Shown in pieces: positions 1 through 10,587 of a stretch of 64,000 bases of DNA (position 1 is the stretch's first letter; each line of letters starts with the position of its first letter). This DNA is from Armatimonadota bacterium. GTDB taxonomy: Bacteria > Sysuimicrobiota > Sysuimicrobiia > Sysuimicrobiales > Humicultoraceae. Under the pieces are notes generated by a model. It was not told the DNA's origin, ran no database searches, and was given only the letters and a program-made list of their open reading frames with translations. The stretch covers positions 91,485 through 155,484 of the forward strand of contig JBBIOM010000001.1 of the NCBI GenBank assembly GCA_037443365.1, read 5' to 3'. The position numbers were made by a program, and so were the translations under genes.

Positions 1-478
1 CTATCGCCTGCTCGCGCGACCGGATGCTCCACTCGCGCCAGGGGGCGATGACCGGCAGGTGCGGAGCGAGCGCCTGATACGCCAGCTCGAACCGGACCTG
101 GTCGTTGCCCTTGCCGGTGCATCCGTGGGCTAGGGCATCGGCACCCTCGGCGAGGGCGACCTCGACCTGCGTCTGCGCGATCAGTGGCCGCGCCAGCGCC
201 GTTCCAAGGAGGTAACGTCCCTCGTAGACCGCGCCTGCCTGCACCATGGGCACGATGTAGTCGGTCACGAAGGCCTGCCGCACATCCACGACGTGCGCCG
301 ACGATGCGCCGCTCGCCAGGGCCTTGGCGCGGATCGCGTCGAGGTCCTCGCCCTGGCCCACATCCACGATCACCGCCGCGACCTCGCACCCGTAGGTCTC
401 GCGCAGCCACGGTATGGCCACCGAGGTGTCAAGCCCTCCCGAGTACGCCAACGCCGCCTTCTTGATCTTCATGCTCAT
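1..478 (-). CDS. argG: argininosuccinate synthase, N-terminal part (gene runs off the left window edge)
   Basis: Absent from the ORF track because there is no stop in the window. Reverse-strand translation from ATG 478 reads [33 protein letters not shown]...[16 protein letters not shown] (Arg[10 protein letters not shown] and GCTGKGNDQ motifs). GGAGGAG lies about 10 nt upstream. Confidence 0.9.
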   Translation of the reverse strand, partial: MSMKIKKAALAYSGGLDTSVAIPWLRETYGCEVAAVIVDVGQGEDLDAIRAKALASGASSAHVVDVRQAFVTDYIVPMVQAGAVYEGRYLLGTALARPLIAQTQVEVALAEGADALAHGCTGKGNDQVRFELAYQALAPHLPVIAPWREWSIRSREQAI

Positions 479-518
479 GATCTCGATGCTCCTCCCTCTT
501 TGGTCCGCGTCCCCGACG

Positions 519-1733
519 CTAGCCGGGCGGCGCCTCGGCCTGCTTGGGCTCTCGGGCCGCCGACAGCACGCGGCCGAGGATCTCCAGGGCCTGCTCGATC
601 TCGGTTCGATCCACGACGAGCGGAGGCGCGAAGCGCAGCGCCGTGGGCGCCACGGCGTTGGTGAGCAGACCGGCGGCGCGGCACGCGTCCACAACCGGGG
701 CGGCCTGGCCCTCTAACTCGAGCGCCAGCAGCAGCCCTCGCCCGCGGACGGCCTTGGCTAGGCCCGCGTCCACGAACCCCTGCAGGCCCGCCGCAAACAG
801 CGCGCCCATCTGGGCGGCGCGCTCGGCCAGGCGCTCGCGCGAGATCACCCTGAGCACCGCCATGGCTGCGGCGCAGGCCAGCGGGTTGCCCCCGAAGGTG
901 CTGCCGTGATCGCCGGGCGCGAACGTTACCGCCGACTCCCTGGCCAGCATCGCCCCGATGGGGAAGCCTCCCCCCAACCCCTTGGCCAGGGTCAGCACGT
1001 CGGGCGTGATGCCGTACTGCTCATATGCGAACAGGGTTCCGGTGCGCGCGATCCCGGTCTGCACCTCATCCAGCATGAGGAGCAGCCCGCGCTCGTCGCA
1101 CAGGGCACGCAGCCCGGCGAGGTACTCGGGGGTCGCCTGCTGGATCCCGCTCTCGCCCTGGATCGGCTCGAGCAACACGGCGCAGGTGCGGTCCGTGACG
1201 GCCCCCCGCGCCGCCTCCAGGTCGTTGAACGGCACTGGCACGAATCCTGGCGGGAGAGGGTTGAACGGTTCCTGGTACTTGGACTGCATCGTCGCGGCCA
1301 GGGTAGCCATCGTGCGGCCGTGGAAGGACTGGTGGGCCACGATGATCTCGTAGCGGTTCGCGCCGTCACGCTTTCCCCACTTGCGCGAGAGCTTGATCGC
1401 CGCCTCGTTGGCCTCGGCCCCGCTGTTGCAGAAGAAGGCGCGGTCGCAGGCCGAGTGCTCGACAAGCCACTGCGCCAACTGCGCCTGCTCGGCTATGTGA
1501 AACAGGTTCGAGACGTGCAGCATCCTGGCGGCCTGGTTCTGGATCGCGGCCACAAGCTCCGGATGGGCATGCCCCAGCGCGCTGACGGCGATACCGCCGA
1601 TGAAATCAAGGTATCGCCTGCCCTCGAGATCCACCAGCCACACGCCCTCGCCGTGAGAGAAGGCCACCGGCGCGCGGCGGTAGGTCGGCATCAGGTATTG
1701 AGCCGTCAGGGCAATCGTCTGCTCGGTGGTCAT
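519..1733 (-). CDS. argD: acetylornithine aminotransferase
   Basis: 404-aa ORF with class-III aminotransferase hallmarks ([29 protein letters not shown]). Lies between argB and argG. Confidence 0.9.
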   Translation of the reverse strand: MTTEQTIALTAQYLMPTYRRAPVAFSHGEGVWLVDLEGRRYLDFIGGIAVSALGHAHPELVAAIQNQAARMLHVSNLFHIAEQAQLAQWLVEHSACDRAFFCNSGAEANEAAIKLSRKWGKRDGANRYEIIVAHQSFHGRTMATLAATMQSKYQEPFNPLPPGFVPVPFNDLEAARGAVTDRTCAVLLEPIQGESGIQQATPEYLAGLRALCDERGLLLMLDEVQTGIARTGTLFAYEQYGITPDVLTLAKGLGGGFPIGAMLARESAVTFAPGDHGSTFGGNPLACAAAMAVLRVISRERLAERAAQMGALFAAGLQGFVDAGLAKAVRGRGLLLALELEGQAAPVVDACRAAGLLTNAVAPTALRFAPPLVVDRTEIEQALEILGRVLSAAREPKQAEAPPG

Positions 1734-1736
1734 ACC

Positions 1737-2633
1737 TCACCCCGCCTGCGATGTGATCATCGTGCCAATGCCGGACTCGGTGAACAGCTCGATCAGGAGC
1801 GCGTGCGGCACACCGGTTCCTATGATGTGGGCGCTCGGCACCCCACCGTCGAGGGCGTTCAGGCAGGCCTCCACCTTGGGAATCATGCCGCGCGAGATCG
1901 TGCCGTCGCTCATCAACTGCCGGACCTCTTCCACGGACAGGGTGGACAGCAGCTCCGGCGCGCCCGGACCCGCGCGCATGACGCCGGGCACATCGGTCAG
2001 AATGACCAGCTTGCTCGCGCCCAGCGCCGCCGCGAGGGCGCCGGCCGCGTGGTCGGCGTTCAGGTTGAAGCTCTCCCCAACCTCGCCGATCCCGACCGAG
2101 GCGACAACCGGGATGTGCCCGGCGTCGCTGATCGTCTGGATGATGCCTCCCTGAACCGCCACCACCTCGCCGACGTACCCCAGGCCCTCGGGCGACTCGA
2201 GGCGGCGGGCCCGCAGGAGGCCGGCATCCTTGCCCGAGAGCCCGACCGCGCTGCCCCCGGCCGTGGAGATCATCGTCACCAACGCCTTGTTGGCGCGCCC
2301 GGCCAGGACCATCTCGACGATCTCGATGGTCTCGGCGTCGGTCACGCGAAGGCCCTGCACGAACCGCGTTTCCTTGCCCAGCCGCTCGAGCATGCGTGTG
2401 ATCTCGGGCCCTCCGCCGTGCACCAGCACCGGGTTGACGCCGGCGCCCTTGAGGAGCACCAGGTCCTCAACAACGGTACCGGCGCTTCCGGCGTCGAGCA
2501 CGCTCCCGCCGTACTTCACGACCACGGTCCTGCCGCGCCAGGCCGCTGCGTAGCGCAGCCCAAGGGCTATCATCTTCCCCTCTTCCGCCGGCTCAATGGG
2601 TGGCATCGGCCCCTGTTCCTCCTCGTCGTTCAC
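1737..2633 (-). CDS. argB: acetylglutamate kinase
   Basis: 298-aa ORF with amino-acid kinase motifs (VVKYGGS, LVHGGGP, NLNADHAAGALA). Adjacent to argJ and argD. Confidence 0.9.
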   Translation of the reverse strand: MNDEEEQGPMPPIEPAEEGKMIALGLRYAAAWRGRTVVVKYGGSVLDAGSAGTVVEDLVLLKGAGVNPVLVHGGGPEITRMLERLGKETRFVQGLRVTDAETIEIVEMVLAGRANKALVTMISTAGGSAVGLSGKDAGLLRARRLESPEGLGYVGEVVAVQGGIIQTISDAGHIPVVASVGIGEVGESFNLNADHAAGALAAALGASKLVILTDVPGVMRAGPGAPELLSTLSVEEVRQLMSDGTISRGMIPKVEACLNALDGGVPSAHIIGTGVPHALLIELFTESGIGTMITSQAG

Positions 2634-3853
2634 GAAAGATACCCGCTGTTGATCCTCACGTAGGATTCCGAGAGGTCGCAGGTCCAGCCCGTGAAGGAGC
2701 CGTCTCCCAGGCCAAGATCAATCGTCACGCGTACCTCGGGCGCCCTGACGAGGGGTTCGGCATCGGGATAGGCCTGAAGAATGCCCACGCCCCCTCGCAC
2801 GACCCAGACGCCGCCGATGGCGATGCCCAGGCGGTCGGGTGCGACCTGTGCGCCGCTGCGCCCCAGCGCCGCGGCGATCCTGCCCCAGTTGAGCTCGGCG
2901 CCGTGAAACGCGGTCTTGACCAGGGGCGAGGTCATCACGGCCCCTGCCGCGCGGCGGGCGTCGGCGTCAGAGGCCGCCCCCGCCACCACCACCTCTATCA
3001 CGCGCGTGGTCCCCTCGCCGTCCTTGACTATGAGCCGGGCGAGCCGGCCCGCCACCTCGGTCAGGCCGGCCCGGAAGGCCTCGAAGCGCGGGCTGCCTTC
3101 GGCCAGCGGGGAGATGCCGGCGGCGCCGTTGGCGAGCAGGAAGACGCTGTCGCTGGTGCTGGTGTCGCCGTCCACGCTGATGCAGTTGAAGGAGCGGTCC
3201 ACGGCGCCACGCAGCGCCACTCGGAGCGCACCCGCTCCCAGGGGAGCATCGGTCGTCATGACAGCGATCATTGTGGCCATGTTGGGGTGGATCATACCGG
3301 CACCCTTCGCGATCCCGCCGATTGTCGCGACCCCGTCGCCCAGGTCAACCTGAACGCCCGCGGTCTTGGGGAACGCGTCGGTGGTCATGATAGCGTGGGC
3401 CGCGGTCATGCCATCCTGGCCTAGCGCCGCGACCAGCGCCGGGATCCCGGCGACGATGCGCTCGATCGGAAGCGGGCGGCCTATGACGCCGGTGCTGGCC
3501 ACCACCACCATGTCCTCGGGCACGCCCAGCGCGGCGGCCGCGGCCGCGGTCATGGCGAGCGCATCCGTATTCCCTTGGGGCCCGGTGCAGGCGTTGGAGT
3601 TGCCGCTGTTCACCAGCACCGCCTGCGCGCGCCCCGATGCGAGCCTGGATTCGCTGAGGGCGACCGGCGCCGAGCGCATCTTGTTCTGGGTGAACGTCCC
3701 GGCCGCCGCGGCCGGGAGATCAGAGACCACCAGCGCCAGGTCGGGCTGGCTGGCCTTGATGCCGCAGTGGATCCCGGCCGCCCGATAACCGCGCGGACTG
3801 GTCACGGTGCCGTCTATCGAGGTCACATGCTCGCCTGCCTGCATCGTGGTCAC
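2630..3853 (-). CDS. argJ: bifunctional glutamate N-acetyltransferase / amino-acid acetyltransferase
   Basis: 407-aa ORF with the ArgJ self-processing region GMIHPNMATMIAVMTTDA. Overlaps the argB start by 4 nt. Confidence 0.9.
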   Translation of the reverse strand: MTTMQAGEHVTSIDGTVTSPRGYRAAGIHCGIKASQPDLALVVSDLPAAAAGTFTQNKMRSAPVALSESRLASGRAQAVLVNSGNSNACTGPQGNTDALAMTAAAAAALGVPEDMVVVASTGVIGRPLPIERIVAGIPALVAALGQDGMTAAHAIMTTDAFPKTAGVQVDLGDGVATIGGIAKGAGMIHPNMATMIAVMTTDAPLGAGALRVALRGAVDRSFNCISVDGDTSTSDSVFLLANGAAGISPLAEGSPRFEAFRAGLTEVAGRLARLIVKDGEGTTRVIEVVVAGAASDADARRAAGAVMTSPLVKTAFHGAELNWGRIAAALGRSGAQVAPDRLGIAIGGVWVVRGGVGILQAYPDAEPLVRAPEVRVTIDLGLGDGSFTGWTCDLSESYVRINSGYLS

Positions 3854-3902
3854 GCTCCCGCAGCCGGCCGCATGGTCCGGCCGTGTGTCATCCCGGAACT
3901 GC

Positions 3903-4940
3903 CTAGGGATAGAGAGGCGGCTCCCGCAGCCCTGCGTCCTCCGGGTAGCCGCACATCAGGTTCATGTTCTGAATCGCCTGGCCGGCGGCGCCCTTCACGA
4001 GATTGTCGAGCGCCGCCATTGCGATGACCGCGCCGGCGTGCGTGTCCACGCGCACGGCCACATCACAGTAGTTCGAACCGCAGGTGGCCTTGGTCTCGGG
4101 GATTCCGCCCGGCAGAACACGCACGAACGGCTCCGAGGCATAGGCGTCAACGAGGATCTGCTCGGCCTCCGCGGTGTCGAGCGCGCGCGCCGGCCGCATG
4201 TATACCGTGGCGAGGATGCCCCTGGTCATGGGGATGAGGTGCGGCGTGAAGACCACCGAGACAGGCGCGCCGGCGACTCCTGAGAGTTCCTGCTCGATCT
4301 CGGGTGTGTGTCTGTGTCCCACGACGTTGTACGGCCTCACGTTCTCGTTGACCTCGCTGAAGTGCGTACCCAGCGACGCGCCCCGCCCGGCCCCTGACAC
4401 ACCGGACTTGGCGTCCACGATGATGTCCCCGGGCTGCACAGCGGCGGCCTTGAGGAAGGGGGCAATGGCGATCAGCGCGGCCGTCGGGTAGCAGCCGGGG
4501 TTGCCTACCACGCGGGACATCCTGATGCGGTCGCGGTGCAGCTCGGGCTGGCCGTAGGCCGCCTCGCCGAGCAGATCAGGGCAGGCATGCTCGGCCTTGT
4601 ACCACCTGGCGTAGGTCGCCGGATCGCGGAACCTGAAGTCCGCGCCCAGGTCAATCACCTTCACGCGCGGGGGAAGCCTGGGGACCATTGTCATCGCGAT
4701 CCCGTTGGGCAGCGCGATGAACACGACGTCGGAATCGGCGCCGATGGCCTCGAGGTCGGCTTCCTCTGTCGAGTGCGCCACGAACCCGCGCAGGTTGGGA
4801 AAGACCTCGCCGTAGGCCTCCAGCTTGCGGCTCTCCGCCGTCAGGTGGACGAGCGTCGCGCTGGGATGGCCGACCAGGAAGCGGACCAGCTCTCCGCCGC
4901 CGTATCCGGATGCGCCTATGATGCTGACTCGTGTCCCCAT
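3903..4940 (-). CDS. argC: N-acetyl-gamma-glutamyl-phosphate reductase
   Basis: ORF 3903..5201 trimmed to ATG 4940, giving the Rossmann N-terminus MGTRVSIIGASGYGGGELVRFL. The active-site Cys context GNPGCYPTA is present. The upstream 87 codons are Arg-rich and non-protein-like. Confidence 0.9.
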   Translation of the reverse strand: MGTRVSIIGASGYGGGELVRFLVGHPSATLVHLTAESRKLEAYGEVFPNLRGFVAHSTEEADLEAIGADSDVVFIALPNGIAMTMVPRLPPRVKVIDLGADFRFRDPATYARWYKAEHACPDLLGEAAYGQPELHRDRIRMSRVVGNPGCYPTAALIAIAPFLKAAAVQPGDIIVDAKSGVSGAGRGASLGTHFSEVNENVRPYNVVGHRHTPEIEQELSGVAGAPVSVVFTPHLIPMTRGILATVYMRPARALDTAEAEQILVDAYASEPFVRVLPGGIPETKATCGSNYCDVAVRVDTHAGAVIAMAALDNLVKGAAGQAIQNMNLMCGYPEDAGLREPPLYP

Positions 4941-5011
4941 GTAATCTTTATACACCATGATGCATGAATGTGCAAGCCCCAGGTAGCAGGTTCTCGGGTG
5001 TCGGGAGGGCT

Positions 5012-5734
5012 TCAGGCCCTGGGGCGCAGCAGGCGCTCGTACAGCAGCATGGCGGCGGCAACCAGCCCGGCGGTCTCGGTGCGCAGGAGCAGCGCGCCGA
5101 GCGAGACGGTGTGCCCTCCCGCGGCGCGCGCCGCGGCGACGTCGGCCGGGGTGAGCCCGCCCTCGGGTCCGATCAAGATGGCGGCCGAGGAGAACGCGCA
5201 TCCCGACGCCACCACGCCTATGGGACGCGCCTCATCCTCCCAGGGCACGACGAACAGGTCCACCGGGGCCAGGGCGGCCAGCGCCGCTTCAAGACGCGCA
5301 GGGGCGCATATCTCGGGGCTGTCGGCCCGCCCGCACTGCCGGGCCGCCTCCAGCGCTACCCGGCGCCAGCGGTCGAGGCGCGACGAACCCGGCTCCGTCA
5401 CCGTGCGGTCCGTCAGCACCGGGTGGATGCTCGACAGGCCTATCTCGGTGCCCATCCTCACGATCAGGTCCATCTTGGCGCCGCGCGGCACGCCCTGGAG
5501 CAGCGCGATGTCCACCGGCCGCCGCGCCACGCAGGGCGCCGCTACGCGCCGGGCAACCACGCCGGACCGACCGGCCTCGACAATCTCCACCTCTGCCTCG
5601 CGCTGCCCGTCGAAGGCCACCAGCCTGGCGCCGGGCCGCAGCCGCAGCACCCTTGCGATGTGGTGGGCTTCGCGCGGCGCGAAGGCGAAGGACTCCTGAT
5701 CGAGCGCCTGTGGCGGCGCGTAGAAGCGCCGCAT
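5012..5734 (-). CDS. rsmE: 16S rRNA (uracil1498-N3)-methyltransferase
   Basis: ORF trimmed to the MRRFYAPP start at 5734, which shares one nt with the prmA stop (TGATG coupling). It has an RsmE-type N-terminus and a SPOUT C-terminal GPEGGLT motif. Confidence 0.8.
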   Translation of the reverse strand: MRRFYAPPQALDQESFAFAPREAHHIARVLRLRPGARLVAFDGQREAEVEIVEAGRSGVVARRVAAPCVARRPVDIALLQGVPRGAKMDLIVRMGTEIGLSSIHPVLTDRTVTEPGSSRLDRWRRVALEAARQCGRADSPEICAPARLEAALAALAPVDLFVVPWEDEARPIGVVASGCAFSSAAILIGPEGGLTPADVAAARAAGGHTVSLGALLLRTETAGLVAAAMLLYERLLRPRA

Positions 5735-6600
5735 CAGGACCTCCTCGCTACGCCGCGCACAGCGTGCACGGCGCACCAGCCCCGTAGCGCCTCTATCCTC
5801 CCCAAGCGCAGGCCGGCCGCCTTGACCAGGCGACTAACCTCCGCGACGCGCGCGCGGCCGAAGCCGCTCCCCACGAAGCGGCCGCCCGGAGCCAGGCACC
5901 GCACAACGTGGGGAAGGACTCCGACCAGAAGCTCGGCCGTGAGGTTCGCCACGATCAGGTCCGCGCGCAGACGCACGCGCCCCAGGCCCCGCGCCCGGCG
6001 CACCGTGACGCTGTGCGCCACGCCGTTCGCGCGCGCGTTGGCCCGCGCCACGGAAGTGGCGATGGGATCGTCGTCTATCGCCAGCACGCGCCGCGCGCCC
6101 AGGCGGGCGGCCGCTATGCCCAGGATGCCTGAGCCGGTGCCCAGATCGAGCACCGTCTCCCCTCCCGTGACATGCCGCTCCACCGCGGCCAGGCAGAGCC
6201 GCGTCGTGGGATGCTCTCCGCTGCCAAAGGCCTGACCGGCGTCGAGCCGCACCAGCACCTGCCCGGGGAGCGCCTGCGGCCGCGTCCGTGTCGGCGTCAC
6301 CACGAGACGGCCGACCCGCACCGGTCTGGCGTATCTGTGCCACGCGCCGGTCCAATCCGCGTCGTCCACCACGCGCGTCGCCGGGGCGGCTGAGCCCACC
6401 CGGCGCTCTAGCTCGCGCCAGAGCCGGGTGAGGGCAGCGCGGCCGGCCCTCGTACAGGGCAGGTATGCGCGCAGGATCCGGCGGCTTCCTCCCCGGGCCT
6501 TGTCCTCACAGAGCCCGGACGGGCAACAGCGCAGCAGGCAGTCACCCGCTGCCTCAAGATCCGAGCGCGGCACTTCGAGGGAGATCTCGATCCAGCGCAA
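5734..6600 (-). CDS. prmA: ribosomal protein L11 methyltransferase
   Basis: 288-aa ORF with N-terminus MRWIEISLEV and SAM-binding VLDLGTGSGILGIAAA. Sits in the conserved dnaJ-prmA-rsmE order. Confidence 0.85.
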   Translation of the reverse strand: MRWIEISLEVPRSDLEAAGDCLLRCCPSGLCEDKARGGSRRILRAYLPCTRAGRAALTRLWRELERRVGSAAPATRVVDDADWTGAWHRYARPVRVGRLVVTPTRTRPQALPGQVLVRLDAGQAFGSGEHPTTRLCLAAVERHVTGGETVLDLGTGSGILGIAAARLGARRVLAIDDDPIATSVARANARANGVAHSVTVRRARGLGRVRLRADLIVANLTAELLVGVLPHVVRCLAPGGRFVGSGFGRARVAEVSRLVKAAGLRLGRIEALRGWCAVHAVRGVARRS

Positions 6601-6616
6601 GACGGCAGCCTGCCGG

Positions 6617-7756
6617 TCAGACCTGCTCGAGCAGGTCCTTCATCTTCTTGAGAATCGGCTTGCGCCTGCCCGATCGCTTCTTGTCTTCGGGTTGGCGCTC
6701 GCCGCCCAGGCGCGCCAGCTCCTCGAGCAGCGCCCGCTGTTGCGGTGTCAGATGCGTCGGGATCGTGACCCGGGCAGACAGGTGCAGCCCGCCCCGGCCG
6801 CCGCGCAGATCGGGCAGCCCCTTGCCACGGACCGTGATCGTCGCGCCCGGCTGCGTGCCGGCGGGCACCGTCGCGAAGACCGGTCCGTCGAGACCCGTTA
6901 TCTCGATCTCGGCGCCCAGCGCCGCCTGCGTCACGGTGACCTCCAGGTCCCGATAGAGGTCGCGCCCGCGCCGGGCGAACACCCGGTGCGGCGCGACGTG
7001 GACCACGACAAACAGGTCGCCGCGTCCGCCCCCGCGCACCCCGGCCTCGCCCTCGCCGGCCAGGCGCAGGTGCATGCCGTCCTCTACGCCGGCAGGGATC
7101 GTAACCGTGATCTCCCGCCTGGCCTCTGACTGACCCGCGCCTCGACAGTTCGCACACGGATGGGCTATGTACGTGCCTGTCCCCCTGCACTGCCCGCAGG
7201 TCACCACCTGCGTGAGGTGACCGAAGATCGTGCGGGCGGCGTGGCGGACCTCCCCGGTGCCATGGCAGGACGGGCAGCGCTGCGGGCTCGAGCCCTGCTC
7301 GGAGCCGGTACCGAAGCAGGCCGGGCACGTCTCGAGGCGTTCCACCGCGATCCGTCGCTCCGCGCCCGAGACGACCTCCTCCAGTGTAACCTCAAGATCG
7401 TAGCGCATGTCGGCGCCGCGCACAGGCCCTTCCCGCTCGGACCCTGCCGCCCTGCCGCGACCGCCGAAGAACATCTCGAACAGGTCCTCGAAAGGACCGA
7501 CACCGCCCCCAAACGGGCCGGGCTCTGATCCCACGAAGCCAAACCGGTCGTACTGGCTCCGCTTGACCGGGTCGCTCAGCACCGCGTAGGCCTCGTTCAC
7601 GTCCTTGAACCGCTCTCCGGCCAGGGGATCGTCGCGCCGGACGTCCGGATGCGTCTCACGCGCGAGGCGGCGGTATGCCTGCTTTATCTCGTCCTGCGTG
7701 GCACGGCGGTCAACGCCCAGTATCTCGTAGAGGTCCCTGGTGTCTCCGGAAGTCAT
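6617..7756 (-). CDS. dnaJ: molecular chaperone DnaJ
   Basis: 379-aa ORF with a J domain (DLYEILGV...HPD), a Gly-rich linker, and four CxxCxGxG zinc-finger repeats. Confidence 0.95.
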   Translation of the reverse strand: MTSGDTRDLYEILGVDRRATQDEIKQAYRRLARETHPDVRRDDPLAGERFKDVNEAYAVLSDPVKRSQYDRFGFVGSEPGPFGGGVGPFEDLFEMFFGGRGRAAGSEREGPVRGADMRYDLEVTLEEVVSGAERRIAVERLETCPACFGTGSEQGSSPQRCPSCHGTGEVRHAARTIFGHLTQVVTCGQCRGTGTYIAHPCANCRGAGQSEARREITVTIPAGVEDGMHLRLAGEGEAGVRGGGRGDLFVVVHVAPHRVFARRGRDLYRDLEVTVTQAALGAEIEITGLDGPVFATVPAGTQPGATITVRGKGLPDLRGGRGGLHLSARVTIPTHLTPQQRALLEELARLGGERQPEDKKRSGRRKPILKKMKDLLEQV

Positions 7757-7792
7757 CTGTGCTGATATGCCCGCCTGAAGAAAGCCGCCGGC

Positions 7793-8824
7793 CTAGGCCG
7801 ACGACCTCATTGCCTCGCTGAGACCCTCGGCAACGTGACGCACTGCGGCGACCGTGCTGCGGTAGCGCATCCTGGTGGGCCCTATCACGCCGATCGTACC
7901 GCAGCGCTGCTCGCCCGCGCGGTAGGCCGTCATGACCAGACTGCACAGACGCAGCTGCTCGAGCTGATTCTCCTGCCCGATGAAGATCCACACGCCCTGC
8001 TCGGGTACCGAGGAGAGCACGCGCTCGAGCAGCGGCTCGTTCTCCAGGATCTCGAACAGCCGGGTGGCCCGGTCCGGAGTCCTGAACTCCGGCTCGGCCA
8101 GGAGGTGACGCGCACCGGCCACACGGATCTGCGACCGGGCGCTCCTTGCCAGGTCGCGCAGCAACCAGGCCCTGACCTCCTCAAGCCAGCGGTGCTGGCG
8201 CGAGGCCTCGCCCAGCACCTGCTCCAGCCGCTGATAGGTTAGGTCGGCCACCCTGGTGCCCCGCAGGCGGTAGGTGATCGCCCTCGACAGGTGCTCAAGG
8301 TCGTCGGGCGCGACCCCGTCCGGGAGCTCGACCGGGTGTCCCAGCAGCGCGCCCGAGTCGGCCGCTATCACGGCCAGGGCGCGACGCTCACCCATCGGGA
8401 CCAGATGCAGCGACGCGAACGCCTGCGCCTGCATCCTGGGGGCCGCCGCGACCGACGCGTAGCCGGTCATGCCTGCGAGCAGCCGCGCGGCCTCGCCCAC
8501 GACACCACCGGGCTCCTCGTCCGGGGCGCCCAGCCGGCGGCGAATGCTCTCGGTGGCCGGGCCCCCAAGCGGGTCGGCCTTCGGCAGCATGTCAACGTAG
8601 ACGCGGTACCCCCAGTCCGTGGGGATCCTGCCGGCGGAGGTGTGCGGGTGCGTCAGCAGGCCCAACTCCTCCATGCTGGCCAGCGCGCTGCGGATCGTGG
8701 CAGGGCTCACGCTCAGCCGCCCCCGCAGGGCGGCGTGCCTTGAGCCCACGGGCTCGGCCGTGCGGACGTGTTCCTCCACGACCGTGCGGAGCAGGATTCG
8801 CCTGCGGGCGTCAAGTCTGAGCAT
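7793..8824 (-). CDS. hrcA: heat-inducible transcription repressor HrcA
   Basis: 350-aa ORF trimmed to ATG 8824 because the CIRCE palindrome covers the track start at 8845. AGGTGG lies 4 nt upstream of 8824. The protein has an HrcA winged-helix N-terminus and C-terminal domain, and lies directly upstream of dnaJ. Confidence 0.85.
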   Translation of the reverse strand: MLRLDARRRILLRTVVEEHVRTAEPVGSRHAALRGRLSVSPATIRSALASMEELGLLTHPHTSAGRIPTDWGYRVYVDMLPKADPLGGPATESIRRRLGAPDEEPGGVVGEAARLLAGMTGYASVAAAPRMQAQAFASLHLVPMGERRALAVIAADSGALLGHPVELPDGVAPDDLEHLSRAITYRLRGTRVADLTYQRLEQVLGEASRQHRWLEEVRAWLLRDLARSARSQIRVAGARHLLAEPEFRTPDRATRLFEILENEPLLERVLSSVPEQGVWIFIGQENQLEQLRLCSLVMTAYRAGEQRCGTIGVIGPTRMRYRSTVAAVRHVAEGLSEAMRSSA

Positions 8825-8838
8825 GCGTCCACCTGAGG

Positions 8839-8865
8839 CTGGCACTCGTCTGCCCTGAGTGCCAG
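8839..8865 (-). promoter_or_regulatory. CIRCE-like operator (HrcA binding site)
   Basis: Perfect inverted repeat CTGGCACTC-N9-GAGTGCCAG. The CIRCE consensus is TTAGCACTC-N9-GAGTGCTAA, so the GCACTC/GAGTGC core and 9-nt spacer are conserved. It sits 15 nt upstream of the hrcA ATG. Confidence 0.75.
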
Positions 8866-8902
8866 CGAGCGCTCTCAGCGTAGCATCGGCGTTTTTGGGG
8901 TG

Positions 8903-10489
8903 TCAAGGAACAGGGCGAGCCTCTCCGCGCCGCAGAAGGCCGCGCACCAGATTCAGTTCCTCCGCGCGCAGCAAGGCGCACACGATCAGGTACGTGACTC
9001 CCGCCGCCCCAAGGCCGGCCGCTATGAGCAGCAGGTCGGCGCGCTCCGTCACGCGTCCATCTATCAGGCCGCGCTGCGCGATCATCCATCCCACCCACAC
9101 CGCGGCCAGGGCCGCGGCCAGCACGCGCGCGGCAGACCGGGCAATCCGCCCTGCCCCCAGCGGCCCCAGATCCCTCGCCAGCATCCAGAGCAGCAGCCCC
9201 ACGTTCGCGAAGGCCACCGCGGCGGATGCCAGGGCGATCCCTGCCACGCCCACCACGCGCATGAACGCGTAGGCCAGCACCGCGTTTAGAAGCACCATGG
9301 CCGCGCCGATGGCCACCGGCGTGCGCATGTTCTTGAGGGAGTAGAAGGTCCGGGTGACGACGTAGTATGCCGCCACCGGCACCAGGCCCACCGCGTAGGC
9401 AGCCAGACAGGCAGCCACCACCAGGGTCGCCGGCGGCCCGAACTCGCCGCGCTCGAAGACGACCTGGACCAGCGGACGGGCAAAGACAATGAGGCACAGC
9501 GACACCGGGGCCGTCAGGAACAAGAGACTGCGCAGTCCGAGCGATGCCATCTCGCGCAGCGCCACCCGATCGCCGGCGGCGGCGAGCCGGCTCATCCCGG
9601 GAAAGAGCACCGTCGCCACGGATATCGCCAGGACACCCACCGGCGCCTGGACCATCTCATAGGCGTAGTCGAGCGCCGCAACCGCGTTCACGCCAGAGGC
9701 AACCGGGAGGAGCGAGGCCAGGAACCTGCCCACATAGGCGTTGATCTCCACGATGGCCAGACCCAGCATCGCCGGGGGCGCCAGACGGAGCAGCGTGCGG
9801 ATGACGGGGTGCGACCAGTCGAATCCCAGGCGGTAGCGAAACCCGGCCGCGTGCAGAGCCGGCGCTTGCACCAGGAACTGAACGGCGGTCCCAGCCACCC
9901 AGGCGGCGGCCAGCCCCGCAATCCCCATGCGCGGACCCAGTAGAACCGTCCCGGCGATGATGGTGAGGTTGAAGGCCAGCGGGGCCATCGCCGGCGCGGC
10001 GAACCTGCGAAGCGCCTGCAGGTATGCCGTGGCGAACACCGCAAGGGCCAGGAAGAACATCGCCAGGAAGTTGATCCTGGTCAGCGCGATCGTGCGGATG
10101 AACTGCGCTGGATCAGCAGCGAAGCCAGGCGCAGCCAGGCGGACCAGCGCGGGCGCGGCGATCTGTCCGGCCGCCACCATCCCCACACCGAACGCCACGA
10201 CGAGCGCGAACAGCCGCGAGGAGACCTGGCGCACCTCTGATTCATCCCCGCGCGCGACGGCGTCGGATATGGCCGGGATCAACACGATGCTGAGTGTGCC
10301 GCCGATGAGAAGACGCTGGACGAAGAACGGGACGTAGTATCCGATCACGAAGGCGGCGCGCTCATCGGAGGCGCCGAACAGCGCGGCCACGACTATCTCC
10401 CGTATCAGCCCCAGGGCGCGGCTGCCCACCGTGGCGCCGGCTATGAGCGTGGCCGCGTGCGCAAGGCGCTGCGGTACCCGCCCGTTCAA
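8903..10489 (-). CDS. murJ: lipid II flippase MurJ (MviN family)
   Basis: 528-aa polytopic membrane ORF with the MurJ-type N-terminus GATVGSRALGLIREIVVAALFGAS. Confidence 0.85.
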   Translation of the reverse strand: MNGRVPQRLAHAATLIAGATVGSRALGLIREIVVAALFGASDERAAFVIGYYVPFFVQRLLIGGTLSIVLIPAISDAVARGDESEVRQVSSRLFALVVAFGVGMVAAGQIAAPALVRLAAPGFAADPAQFIRTIALTRINFLAMFFLALAVFATAYLQALRRFAAPAMAPLAFNLTIIAGTVLLGPRMGIAGLAAAWVAGTAVQFLVQAPALHAAGFRYRLGFDWSHPVIRTLLRLAPPAMLGLAIVEINAYVGRFLASLLPVASGVNAVAALDYAYEMVQAPVGVLAISVATVLFPGMSRLAAAGDRVALREMASLGLRSLLFLTAPVSLCLIVFARPLVQVVFERGEFGPPATLVVAACLAAYAVGLVPVAAYYVVTRTFYSLKNMRTPVAIGAAMVLLNAVLAYAFMRVVGVAGIALASAAVAFANVGLLLWMLARDLGPLGAGRIARSAARVLAAALAAVWVGWMIAQRGLIDGRVTERADLLLIAAGLGAAGVTYLIVCALLRAEELNLVRGLLRRGEARPVP

Positions 10490-10587
10490 GATCGGCGCCC
10501 TCGCGCGGCGACTTGTGACGATGGTACCGGCGTGCTAGAATCGCCCAGGACTGCCGCGCCTGATGCGCGGCGGCCGGAGGGATTGGA

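Noticed and set aside
906-2663. 585-aa plus-strand ORF
   Set aside because: It is antisense to the clearly recognisable argD and argB genes. Its composition is Arg/Gly/His-rich with no family resemblance, a typical high-GC shadow ORF.
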